From contig CANOET010000001.1 of assembly GCA_947564835.1 (NCBI GenBank), positions 8,667 to 72,666 of the forward strand: a DNA stretch of 64,000 bases, read 5' to 3'. The notes below the pieces were generated by a model. The model did no database searches. It saw only the letters and a list, made by a program, of their open reading frames with translations, and was not told the DNA's origin. Shown piece by piece: positions 46,460-55,294 of the stretch. Source of the stretch: an uncultured Eubacterium sp. (GTDB lineage: Bacteria > Bacillota > Clostridia > Lachnospirales > Lachnospiraceae). The position numbers and the translations under genes were made by a program. The number at the start of each line of letters is the position of its first letter. Position 1 is the first letter of the stretch.

Positions 46460-48400
46460 CTAAAAATTTGTCTCATAGGATTGAAAGGACATAGTATCTG
46501 AAAACCTGCCTCCCATCCCTCTTCCCATAGAACCCATATCTGAAATGGTAATGTCCGACGCATCAATCAGCGCTTCACTATTCTGCGCCTGCCCTCCGGA
46601 TGTGGACGGAACCGTGCCGTCCAGCTGGCCCTGAATACTTTCTGCACGAAGCAGGCAAAATTGCTTTAACGCCGCGGTACCTGTTTCAAATTGTTCGTAG
46701 GTGCAGAATTTTGTCGGATCTTTTTCTACATATGGCGCAATCATGTCTGAGACAGAATCGATCAATTGTGTAAAGTAGCCGCTTGTAAAATAACTGGAAA
46801 TAAATTCTGCAAAATACTGATGATAAAGTTCCGTATATGATTCATTGTTCAGAATCCATGCCAGCATCGGCCGGGAGTCTGTATCCCCTCCGGAAACCGG
46901 TGTATCGATTGGATAGTTGACCAGCCCTGTTGCGTCTGACTGCGGCTGGAAGCCGCCGAATGCAAGATTGTAATCCCACGGAATCATGGACATCCGGCCG
47001 TTTTCTTCATATAGATAATAATTATGAATCACGCTTCCTGTGTAGCTGTCAAAATTACATACAAAATTATGCACAACAAAGTAGCGGATCACCTGGTCGG
47101 TGTCAACTGTATTTTCCAGATCTGTGCCTTCGTTCATTGCTTTGAGTGATTGGATCAGACGGTCTTTATCAGCGTCCGTAATATCTGTTTTGGCATTTTC
47201 AAAAATATTGCTGTAGCTGTCATATTTATCATCTGTATAAATCAGCGAAACATCGTCGCTTTTCCTGCCGTCTTTTCCATTTCCCGGAAAACCTCCCGGT
47301 TTGTGCCTGTCTTTTCCCTGTTCCGGAAAACCATCTGATTGTCCGCCGTCTTCTGCTTTTTGTGCTGTATCCGGCATTTCTGCATTTTCCGAATCCTGCA
47401 TCGCCCCCGGAACTTCTCCATTTCCTGCTTCTGGCATTGCTCCCGGTATTTCTCTATTTTCTGCATCTGGCATTGCTCCCGATATTTCTCCATTTCCTGC
47501 ATCTGGCATTGCTCCCGGTATTTCTCCATTTCCTGCATCTGGCATTGCTTCTGGAACTTCTCCACTTTCTGGATCTGGCATCGCTTCCGGCATTTTTCCA
47601 TCTCCGGCGTCTGGTATTGTTTGCGGCATTCCATCCGGTATTTCACGATCTCCTGACGCTGGAAGGTCTGGCGGTTCTGCATCGGAAGATGAGTTTTCCG
47701 ACTGTCCGCTGTTTTGCGTATCACGTTCCTGCTGGAATTTCTCCGGATCGAATCCTCCGCCGTTTCCGCGGCCGCCGCCCATATCCATTTGATCGGGTTT
47801 ATACAGTTCTCCGTAGCTGTTTCCGTAATTTCTCTGCAAAAAGCTTTCCTCTACCCCTTCTACGGCAAGGTACAGCCCCCAGTCTTCTCCATTGATGGTT
47901 AAGTATGCATAACTGCACAGCGGCGCGCTGACACCGAAATCTCCCATCATCTGGTAGGAAAGAAAATCTTTCATATACGTATTGTCCTGGATAATGTTGT
48001 TCAGGCTCAGTTTATCCAGTCCGTAATACGTTTTTGTGCTGTCATAATGGTCAAATTCGATCTTAAAGCTGTACCGGTTATTTCCATACTGGGATACCAT
48101 ACTGAGGGAGGTATTTCCTTTTGCACGGATTCCTACATTATTATATGCCTCCTGATCGATGACTACGGAACATAACTCATATTCTTCATTTTCACAAGTT
48201 TCCAGAAAACCTTCCCAGTCATCCATTACAAGATCAATCGTATGCACTTTTTCACTGTTGAACAGCCTTTGTTCATAACCTGTGCCGGCAGATACGGTTA
48301 TTACGCCAAACTGCCCCGCATGGATAAATACTGCTGTCAGAATCACTACAAATGCAAGCACAATACAACAGATTTTATCAATATGTTTACTTGTTGACAT
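46460..48400 (-). CDS. CotH kinase family protein with N-terminal TM and internal repeat insert
   Basis: RAKGNTS, RYSFKIEF, VEGVEESF, LYKP, HNYYLY, IPWDYNLAFG. Confidence 0.9.
   Translation of the reverse strand: MSTSKHIDKICCIVLAFVVILTAVFIHAGQFGVITVSAGTGYEQRLFNSEKVHTIDLVMDDWEGFLETCENEEYELCSVVIDQEAYNNVGIRAKGNTSLSMVSQYGNNRYSFKIEFDHYDSTKTYYGLDKLSLNNIIQDNTYMKDFLSYQMMGDFGVSAPLCSYAYLTINGEDWGLYLAVEGVEESFLQRNYGNSYGELYKPDQMDMGGGRGNGGGFDPEKFQQERDTQNSGQSENSSSDAEPPDLPASGDREIPDGMPQTIPDAGDGKMPEAMPDPESGEVPEAMPDAGNGEIPGAMPDAGNGEISGAMPDAENREIPGAMPEAGNGEVPGAMQDSENAEMPDTAQKAEDGGQSDGFPEQGKDRHKPGGFPGNGKDGRKSDDVSLIYTDDKYDSYSNIFENAKTDITDADKDRLIQSLKAMNEGTDLENTVDTDQVIRYFVVHNFVCNFDSYTGSVIHNYYLYEENGRMSMIPWDYNLAFGGFQPQSDATGLVNYPIDTPVSGGDTDSRPMLAWILNNESYTELYHQYFAEFISSYFTSGYFTQLIDSVSDMIAPYVEKDPTKFCTYEQFETGTAALKQFCLLRAESIQGQLDGTVPSTSGGQAQNSEALIDASDITISDMGSMGRGMGGRFSDTMSFQSYETNF
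47390..47640. repeat. 36-bp coding tandem repeat (~6-7 degenerate copies, GEIPGAMPDAGN)
   Basis: tctccatttcctgcatctggcattgctcccggtatt units at 36-nt period. Confidence 0.85.
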
Positions 48401-48429
48401 ATCCCTTCACCTGCCTTTTCCAAACGGCG

Positions 48430-49101
48430 CTAGCCCATGTATTCCCCGTTATAGCTTACAAGGACCGCACTGTTAATTCCGTTCATTTCCGATAAGATAT
48501 TGATAAAATCCGTATTGTCTTCGCGCATCCGGATCTCCATATTCAGCTCTATCGCACCCTTTTGTGCAGATTTGCTCTTTACAACGCACCGCTGTACCTG
48601 CTTGTTTAAAAATTCCTTTGCCATGCATTCACTTTCATAATCGCGGCAGCTGAGTACAACGATATAAGGATTCAGATAGGTTTTTTTATTTACAAACAGA
48701 AGCAATACCATTCCAATCACAATGCTCCCCGCTACCGCCAAAAGAATCATGCCCGCTGCCAGCGTAATACCGGCTGTTAAGGACCAGAATAAAAACGCAA
48801 TATCCAACGGCTCTTTAATCGCAGTCCGAAACCGCACAATCGACAGCGCACCGACCATGCCGAGTGACAGCACGACATTCGACGTCACTGCCAGGATCAC
48901 AACTGTCGTAATCATTGTCATCGCAATTAGTGTGACGCCGAAACTGGATGAATACATAACACCTGTAAAAGTCTTTTTATACACAAAAAAGATAAATAAC
49001 CCAAGCCCAAACGCCAGCAGCAGCGCAATCGCCATATCAATCAGGCTGACGCTGGCCACATTTTCCAAAAAACTGGATTTAAAGATATCCTGAAATGTCA
49101 T
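48430..49101 (-). CDS. DUF4956 membrane protein
   Basis: SLGMVGALSIVRFRTAIKEP signature. Confidence 0.92.
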   Translation of the reverse strand: MTFQDIFKSSFLENVASVSLIDMAIALLLAFGLGLFIFFVYKKTFTGVMYSSSFGVTLIAMTMITTVVILAVTSNVVLSLGMVGALSIVRFRTAIKEPLDIAFLFWSLTAGITLAAGMILLAVAGSIVIGMVLLLFVNKKTYLNPYIVVLSCRDYESECMAKEFLNKQVQRCVVKSKSAQKGAIELNMEIRMREDNTDFINILSEMNGINSAVLVSYNGEYMG

Positions 49102-49125
49102 AATTTTTCTCCTTTACTGTCTTGC

Positions 49126-49797
49126 TTACCCATACATCCGGCAAATCTGGTATTTGGAAAATGAAGAAGTCCGTCTTCCTTGCAGCTGCACTAGATCTTT
49201 GATAATATCCGGTAAAAACGCATCCCATTTCACTTCCAAAACAGCAGTCTGATCTCCTGCCGGAATCATGATACAATCGGGATTCAGAAAATCTGTGCTT
49301 TGCAAACCGGTACGTATATGGTAGTCCAGCGTTACCCTGACATTTCCGGGCCCATAGACAAACGGCTCTCTTGTATAATCTACAATAGTTTTTGCCCGAA
49401 GCCCCTGTGACAGAAGTTTTGTATACAATTCCCGTATCAGCTCGCTGCCGCTTTTGATCATCCAGTCCCAATCGCCATGTACGATTGCCAGTGCCTGCTG
49501 ACTGGTCAATACCTCGCTCTGTTTTGTGCCGAGCCCGTCGTACTTGCTCTTTTTTTCTAACCATATCCTGGACGTATCAAAGTTATAATAACGAATACGG
49601 AATTTTTCCCGGCATTTGATCCCGTTCGCCTTTTCCAGCAAGACTTTATCTTCGGCATTGTCAAAATACAGGCTCCGCACTTTATATTTTCCCTGAACCG
49701 CATGCGGGTCTGTCTGCAAAACCGCCCGCAGCCGCTGACGGAGCAGCAGCAGATCTGCGGCGTTGATCTCATGCTTCCATTCATGGCGCATAACCAT
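49126..49797 (-). CDS. VTC/polyphosphate polymerase domain protein
   Basis: RHEWKH, RSLYFD, REKFRIRYY, LEKKSK, RVTLD, LEVKW, FSKY. Confidence 0.92.
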   Translation of the reverse strand: MVMRHEWKHEINAADLLLLRQRLRAVLQTDPHAVQGKYKVRSLYFDNAEDKVLLEKANGIKCREKFRIRYYNFDTSRIWLEKKSKYDGLGTKQSEVLTSQQALAIVHGDWDWMIKSGSELIRELYTKLLSQGLRAKTIVDYTREPFVYGPGNVRVTLDYHIRTGLQSTDFLNPDCIMIPAGDQTAVLEVKWDAFLPDIIKDLVQLQGRRTSSFSKYQICRMYG

Positions 49798-49928
49798 AAT
49801 CTGTTCCTCCTTTCTGAACTAGTACTGCATTTTGCAATTAATGGTGAATACAGCGCCTGCCTTTTGCTCCAGCACTGTATATAATTGAAAATTACAATAC
49901 TGTGTTTTCTGTATCTGGATTTTACATG

Positions 49929-49950
49929 ATGAAACTTAGATGAGCCTTAG
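49929..49950 (-). promoter_or_regulatory. 11-bp-period direct repeat, OmpR-family box upstream of the VTC operon
   Basis: CTAAGGCTCAT CTAAGTTTCAT on the minus strand. Confidence 0.5.
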
Positions 49951-50052
49951 AAAAGAACGCTGGTTTTGTGAAAAATGTGTGTAACCATTGAAAGTAATCT
50001 CGCAACAGCTGCAAATGTGCATATTATTTTAGGCCATATCCTCTGTTTACAC

Positions 50053-50097
50053 TTGACAAAATGGAAGCCATGTAATATAGTATACTTAGTAATACTA
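50053..50097 (+). promoter_or_regulatory. sigma70 promoter with overlapping palindromic operator for the PadR gene
   Basis: TTGACA-N17-TATAGT; TAGTAT-N8-ATACTA at 50078-50097. Confidence 0.65.
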
Positions 50098-50115
50098 AAT
50101 AGCAAGGAAAAGAAT

Positions 50116-50457
50116 ATGAATGATAAATACATACGTCAAATGAAAAAAGGCGTCTTAGACATGCTTGTCTTAAAATTATTAGAGACAGAGCAAAAATATG
50201 GTTATCAGCTGATCAGTGAATTAAAAGAAAAAAGCGGGGAATTGTTTATCTTAAAGGAGGGCACGCTGTATCCGATTTTATACCGCCTGGAAGATGACGG
50301 ATTGGTGGAAAGCTGCTGGAGCAGCCCAAAGGGAAAGCAGATGGCCAGAAAATATTATCAGATTACAGAGCAGGGCAGGACTGCGCTGGAAGAGATCGGA
50401 CAGCTTTGGATACAGATGTGCGACGGAATCCGGCAGATTATGGAGGGAAAACAATGA
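50116..50457 (+). CDS. PadR-family transcriptional regulator
   Basis: QMKKGVLDMLVL, YGYQLI, EGTLYPILYRLE, RKYYQITEQG. Confidence 0.93.
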   Translation: MNDKYIRQMKKGVLDMLVLKLLETEQKYGYQLISELKEKSGELFILKEGTLYPILYRLEDDGLVESCWSSPKGKQMARKYYQITEQGRTALEEIGQLWIQMCDGIRQIMEGKQ

Positions 50458-51101
50458 CAGCACAGGTTTATGTCAATCAGATTGCAAAGAAAGTAAAATG
50501 CTCCAAAACAAAACGGAAAGAAATCTGCCGGCAGCTGTTGGCAGACATTCAGGCCGAGGCAGATCAGGGCGTGCCGTTTGACGTGATTATGCTGCGCATG
50601 GGAGAACCGGCCGCGATTGCGGAAGAATTTAACCAGAACCTGCCGCAGCAGGAGTACAAAAAATATAAACGAAGCTTTTTTATAAAACTGGCAGCTGGCA
50701 TTGCGGCTGTACTGGCGGTCATTGTGATTGCAGCAGCATGGTTTTTGCCTGTAAGTCTGCGATTCGGCAGCAGCGGTCTGTATACACAGGCAGAAGTTGA
50801 GGCACGCAGCAAGGAAATCATCCGGCTGCTGGACGCTGAAGACTATGAGTCTTTGCAGGCAGCCATGGCTGACAATGTACAGGATATTCTGACGGAAGAA
50901 ATCATCCGATCAGCGAAAGACCAGGCAGGTGCGGACTGGGGATCATTCCGGGAATTTGGAAAATGTTATATGTCAGAACAAAGGATCCGCGGAAAGACAC
51001 GAGCGGTGGCACAGATAAATGCCGCTTATGAAAATATTGGGGTTACGTATACGTTGTTTTTTAATGATGATCTGAAATTGTCGGGGCTATATATTAAGTA
51101 A
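50454..51101 (+). CDS. PadR-associated membrane protein (HAAS-like N-terminus, DUF3887-like C-terminus)
   Basis: RMGEPAAIAEEF, single TM, KLSGLYIK end; ATGA overlap with padR. Confidence 0.75.
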   Translation: MTAQVYVNQIAKKVKCSKTKRKEICRQLLADIQAEADQGVPFDVIMLRMGEPAAIAEEFNQNLPQQEYKKYKRSFFIKLAAGIAAVLAVIVIAAAWFLPVSLRFGSSGLYTQAEVEARSKEIIRLLDAEDYESLQAAMADNVQDILTEEIIRSAKDQAGADWGSFREFGKCYMSEQRIRGKTRAVAQINAAYENIGVTYTLFFNDDLKLSGLYIK

Positions 51102-51132
51102 CCGTTTTTATACCGTCAGCGGATGGATTGCC

Positions 51133-51214
51133 TGTAATTCTGCAGCCGACGAATAGGATTGGAGAACTTAATGTGTAATTGTGCAGCCGATGGACAGCAT
51201 TAGAGAACTCAATG
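51133..51214 (+). repeat. 41-bp intergenic tandem duplication
   Basis: tgtaattctgcagccgacgaataggattggagaacttaatg / tgtaattgtgcagccgatggacagcattagagaactcaatg. Confidence 0.7.
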
Positions 51215-51242
51215 TATAATTATGAAGAAGGGAGGGATTTGT

Positions 51243-51560
51243 ATGATGTTTATATTATGTATATGGCTTATGGCCAGCGGATTGTTCGCAGTTATCGGAA
51301 TTGCGGCATGGAATGCAAAGAAGGCAGTCAGTTTTTGGAACCTGACGCAGCCAGTCCGGGTGTATGATGTGAAAAACTATAACCGGGCAGTGGCAAAAAT
51401 GTGGTTTGTTTTTGCCGGACTTTTTGCTGTAACGGGGCTTCCGCTGCTTGGAGGCCAAAATTCAGCCTGGATCGTATACAGCATATTAGGCTGTATGGCT
51501 TTATCAATAGGATTGATGGTGGTTTATATGCGTATCGAAAAAAAGTATCGGATCTATTGA
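51243..51560 (+). CDS. Small 3-TM membrane protein
   Basis: GGGAGG RBS; YNRAVAKMWFVF pattern shared with DUF3784-like proteins. Confidence 0.7.
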   Translation: MMFILCIWLMASGLFAVIGIAAWNAKKAVSFWNLTQPVRVYDVKNYNRAVAKMWFVFAGLFAVTGLPLLGGQNSAWIVYSILGCMALSIGLMVVYMRIEKKYRIY

Positions 51561-51850
51561 TAGATAGATGCGAAATGCGGCAGGTATTTGGTACTTAAAA
51601 ATGATTTCTTGCACTATACGTATAAAATTGCGAACATTTATGGGAGAATAGACCATTCAAAGTTACTAAAATCTCATAGATACTTCGAAATAAAATGTGA
51701 AGCATACTATCTGAAATACTTATGAAGGCCAGCTGATATCCCATACGCCACCATGATATCTGACCAGAAAGATCTTAGAACCTATATAGTAACCAGACTG
51801 CCGCTTAGCTATATTGTTCGGTACGATCTTCGTAAAGCCAGTGAAAACCA

Positions 51851-52125
51851 GCCGGATGAGGGGGCGGGGGACTGGATTTCAGCGACGTTGGAAGAATGTT
51901 TAGAAGCCCTTAGTATTCTGCCCAATAAATCAGGGGCGAAGCCCAGCGGCGCCTTTAGCTTCTGGCGTTTAGCCAGGGCGAACTAGGCGACGCGCCCGGA
52001 CGGTGCCACTGTGTAAATGCAGAATACTTAGGGATTCTTAACATTCTGGAATAGGAGCCGAAATCCAGTCCCCCGCCCCCTCATCCGGCGTCCGCATAGC
52101 CAACAAAAAAACGCAACATAATATC
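51851..52125. mobile_element. Non-coding long-palindrome element (REPIN/MITE-like)
   Basis: Perfect 30-bp inverted repeats 51851-51880 / 52060-52089, a further ~29-bp imperfect arm pair inside, and a second copy at the window start. Confidence 0.6.
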
Positions 52126-52192
52126 AAAAATGTTTCTTATCCAAGCAAAGATTATTGCATTTGCAATCAAATAAACGAAAGGTATAATAACC

Positions 52193-52546
52193 ATGAATAT
52201 AGGCACATCAATTGTTGGTTTGATCTCCTGTTTATTATGCGCGCTTCCTTTTCTTATTATGGGTATGAATAAGGAAAGCCAAACACCGATTCCTTTCTGG
52301 TCCGGAGACCAGACATTAAAGGATAAGGTTACCGATTTAAAAACATATAATGCAAGAATGGCAAAGTTATATCAAACAGCAGGAATCGGATTTTGCATTA
52401 ACGGACTGTGCTGTATCATTTCCATTGTGCTTGGGATACTGGGGCTGGTCTTATTATGTACCGTTGGATTTTATCTTTTTTTCAGAAGCTACAAAAAAAT
52501 ATTAAAAGCATGTTCAAAAAAAGCACAGGCAGATCCGGAATCCTGA
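52193..52546 (+). CDS. Small 3-TM membrane protein (DUF3784-like)
   Basis: PIPFWSG...YNARMAKLY pattern; AAAGG RBS. Confidence 0.7.
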   Translation: MNIGTSIVGLISCLLCALPFLIMGMNKESQTPIPFWSGDQTLKDKVTDLKTYNARMAKLYQTAGIGFCINGLCCIISIVLGILGLVLLCTVGFYLFFRSYKKILKACSKKAQADPES

Positions 52547-52620
52547 CGAAAATGGAGCGACAGATATCGCAGCTGTGCGGACGGCAAATATACAACGCAC
52601 AAAATGAGGGAGATGAAAAA

Positions 52621-53010
52621 ATGTGGTTTTGGGTATTTATGCTTATCAATAATATGGCCCTTCCAGTGCTTATGATTGTGTTCGGCCAGATATTTTTGAA
52701 ACATCCTCCTGGCCAAATCAACGGCTTCTACGGCTATCGGACAAAAATGTCCAGGCTGAATATGGATACATGGCAATATGCACACCGGTATTTCGGAAGG
52801 TTATGGCTGCGTACGGGATGGACGCTGCTGCCATTTTCTGTATTCGGCATGGTCTGCGTATATGGGAAAAATGAAAACCGGATTGGGATTGTCGGCGCAG
52901 CAGTTCTTGTCGTGCAGGTGACTGTGCTTCTGATTCCGATTGCGCGGACGGAAAAGGAATTGAAGAAAATATTTGAAGCGGATGGGACGCGGAAGCAATC
53001 ATACAAGTGA
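52621..53010 (+). CDS. SdpI/YfhL-family membrane immunity protein
   Basis: PPGQINGFYGYRTKMS...WQYAHRY signature. Confidence 0.85.
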   Translation: MWFWVFMLINNMALPVLMIVFGQIFLKHPPGQINGFYGYRTKMSRLNMDTWQYAHRYFGRLWLRTGWTLLPFSVFGMVCVYGKNENRIGIVGAAVLVVQVTVLLIPIARTEKELKKIFEADGTRKQSYK

Positions 53011-53102
53011 AAGTAAGGCACAGACACTGGCAGAAGCTGCAGGCAGGAAACAGCCGAAAACAGGAAGCAGCTGAAAACAGAAAGCAGGAGGCAGGCAGAT
53101 AT

Positions 53103-53792
53103 ATGAAATTATTATATGCTGAGGATGAAGCAGCGATGTCAGAGGCAGTTACGGATATTTTAACGTACCATAAATATATCGTAGATACGGTATCAGACGG
53201 CGAGGAAGCGCTGGCATATGCGCAGGCGGAAAAATATGACGGCATAATTCTGGATATTATGATGCCGAAGCTAAGCGGGCTGGAAGTGCTGCAGCGGCTG
53301 CGTAAAACGGGTTGCCGTACCCCGGTGCTGCTGCTGACCGCAAAGGCGGAAGTGGAAGACCGGATTGAAGGATTGGATCTGGGCGCAGACGATTATCTGC
53401 CTAAGCCGTTTGCAATGGGTGAGCTGTTGGCGCGGGTCCGTGCTATGTTAAGGCGGCGGGAGGAATTTACACCTGATATTTTATCGTGCGGCGATATTTC
53501 CCTGAACAGGAACAGCTATGAGTTAAAAGGCAGCAGGCAGGCTTTTGTTCTTCCCAAGCTGGAATACCGCCTGATGGAAGCGCTTATGCTGCACCAGGGC
53601 ATGTATTTGTCCTCCGAAGAGTTGTTAGTAAAAGTATGGGGATATGATACCGAAGCCGAAATCGGCGCAGTATGGGTGTATATTTCCTATTTACGCAAAC
53701 GGCTGGCAGCGCTGGGCAACCGGGTGACGATCCGGGCAAAGCGGAATATTGGCTATACATTAATCGAAGATAAGGAACCGTTCGCAGAATGA
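53103..53792 (+). CDS. OmpR/PhoB-family response regulator
   Basis: AEDE, LDIMMP, LLTAK, DDYLPKPF, VWVYISYLRK. Confidence 0.95.
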   Translation: MKLLYAEDEAAMSEAVTDILTYHKYIVDTVSDGEEALAYAQAEKYDGIILDIMMPKLSGLEVLQRLRKTGCRTPVLLLTAKAEVEDRIEGLDLGADDYLPKPFAMGELLARVRAMLRRREEFTPDILSCGDISLNRNSYELKGSRQAFVLPKLEYRLMEALMLHQGMYLSSEELLVKVWGYDTEAEIGAVWVYISYLRKRLAALGNRVTIRAKRNIGYTLIEDKEPFAE

Positions 53793-55138
53793 TCAGATTA
53801 TTACAAAAGAAATTTATTCTGACGGCACAGGCAGCAGTTTCCGTACTGCTGCTTGTCCTGATTTGTGCGATCAACGGCGCAAACATCTGGGTTACCGTCA
53901 GACAAACGGATCAGCAGCTGGAAATGCTGGCAGATACCGAACTGCAGATCAGCAGGCAGGAAACAGGAACCGACGGGTATACGCCCGGAGAGGAACGCTT
54001 TTCCGGGCCGCTCCCCTTTCCTAAAAATGAAAAAAAAGGCGGTTTGATGCGCCCACCGATGGACAAAGACCTTGCAATGTCTCTGCGTTTTTTTACCGTC
54101 AGTCTGGATCATAACGGGCAGATCATCCGCAGTGATCTCAGCAGGATTTCATCTGTCAGCGAAACAGAAGCCCAGACGTATGCGCAGCTGGCAGTTCGAA
54201 AGGAACAATCATCCGGGTATCTGGAACAGTTTAAATATAAGGTCCTGTCATCAGGCAAAACTGAAAACAAACAGAATAATAAATACAAACAGGATAATGA
54301 AATCATACAAGATGATGAAACGATCCTTCTATTTCTGGATGTGTCGGGGCAGTTTCATTCTATATGGACCATTCTGGTCTTATCGGCTGGCATTGCGGCC
54401 GGCTGCTGGCTGTGTATGCTGCTGTTTGTAGTGCTCCTGTCGCAGAAAGCGATCCGGCCGATTGCCCGGAATATCCAGAAGCAAAAGCAGTTTGTCACAG
54501 ACGCCGGACATGAAATCAAGACGCCGTTAGCCATTATCCAGGCGAATTTGGATGCCATGGAACTGATCAGCGGGGAAAACAAATGGAGCCGCAATATCCG
54601 CAGCCAGACCGTACGCCTTCACGGACTGATGCAAAATCTGCTGACCCTGGCCAAAATGGAAGAAGATATGCAGCAGCTACCAATGGAACATTTTTCATTC
54701 AGCGAATTGCTGGAGGAATCCATTCAACCATTTTACGAGGCCGCCGCATTAAAAGGAATCCTGATCGAAACAAAGATCTGTGCAGACACCGGGATCTATG
54801 CTAACCGGGAATATATGCAGCGCTTATTGTCGATCTTATTCGATAATGCGGTAAAATATACCGATTCTGACGGCAGCATGATTGTGTCACTGAAAAAAAC
54901 AGAACATAAAGTGATTTTAAAAGTGAAAAATACCTGCAGTGAACTGCCGCAGCAGGATGCAGAAAAGCTGTTTGACCGTTTTTACAGGGGCGACAGCGCA
55001 AGGACGCAGAAAAACGGCGGATATGGGATTGGGCTGTCAGCGGCTTACGCGATTGTCAAAGCGCATAAAGGCGAGATTTCCGCAGCGTATGCAGATGGGA
55101 ATGCGATCGAATTTACTGTAAAAATAGACGGGCATTGA
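53789..55138 (+). CDS. Sensor histidine kinase
   Basis: Two TMs, DAGHEIKTPL H-box, DNAVKY, FDRFYR, GYGIGL. Confidence 0.95.
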   Translation: MIRLLQKKFILTAQAAVSVLLLVLICAINGANIWVTVRQTDQQLEMLADTELQISRQETGTDGYTPGEERFSGPLPFPKNEKKGGLMRPPMDKDLAMSLRFFTVSLDHNGQIIRSDLSRISSVSETEAQTYAQLAVRKEQSSGYLEQFKYKVLSSGKTENKQNNKYKQDNEIIQDDETILLFLDVSGQFHSIWTILVLSAGIAAGCWLCMLLFVVLLSQKAIRPIARNIQKQKQFVTDAGHEIKTPLAIIQANLDAMELISGENKWSRNIRSQTVRLHGLMQNLLTLAKMEEDMQQLPMEHFSFSELLEESIQPFYEAAALKGILIETKICADTGIYANREYMQRLLSILFDNAVKYTDSDGSMIVSLKKTEHKVILKVKNTCSELPQQDAEKLFDRFYRGDSARTQKNGGYGIGLSAAYAIVKAHKGEISAAYADGNAIEFTVKIDGH

Positions 55139-55162
55139 ACTGTATTCCCGGTTTTGAAAATT

Positions 55163-55209
55163 AAAAATCTGCTATATTAAGGATTACGTCCTTTATATAG
55201 CAGATTTTT
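55163..55209. terminator. Bidirectional terminator between the kinase and the CAP-domain gene
   Basis: aaaaatctgctatat ... atatagcagattttt inverted repeat. Confidence 0.7.
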
Positions 55210-55294
55210 TGTAACAGTTCAATGGGTTATCTAAACTGTTATGATTTTTATCTACAGCTTTCCAAGCGGCAGCCGCACAGATCCTTCCTGTCAA

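Noticed and set aside
47242-47895. CRISPR-like array and several overlapping repetitive ORFs
   Set aside because: Contiguous 36-bp in-frame coding repeats with no unique spacers and no cas genes; the extra ORFs are alternative frames of the repeat
51753-51986. 77-aa ORF
   Set aside because: Runs through the palindromic element and has no RBS; may include a gene remnant but cannot be supported
53007-53102. N-terminal extension of the response regulator
   Set aside because: Low-complexity purine-rich repeats; the receiver domain starts at ATG 53103 after GGAGG
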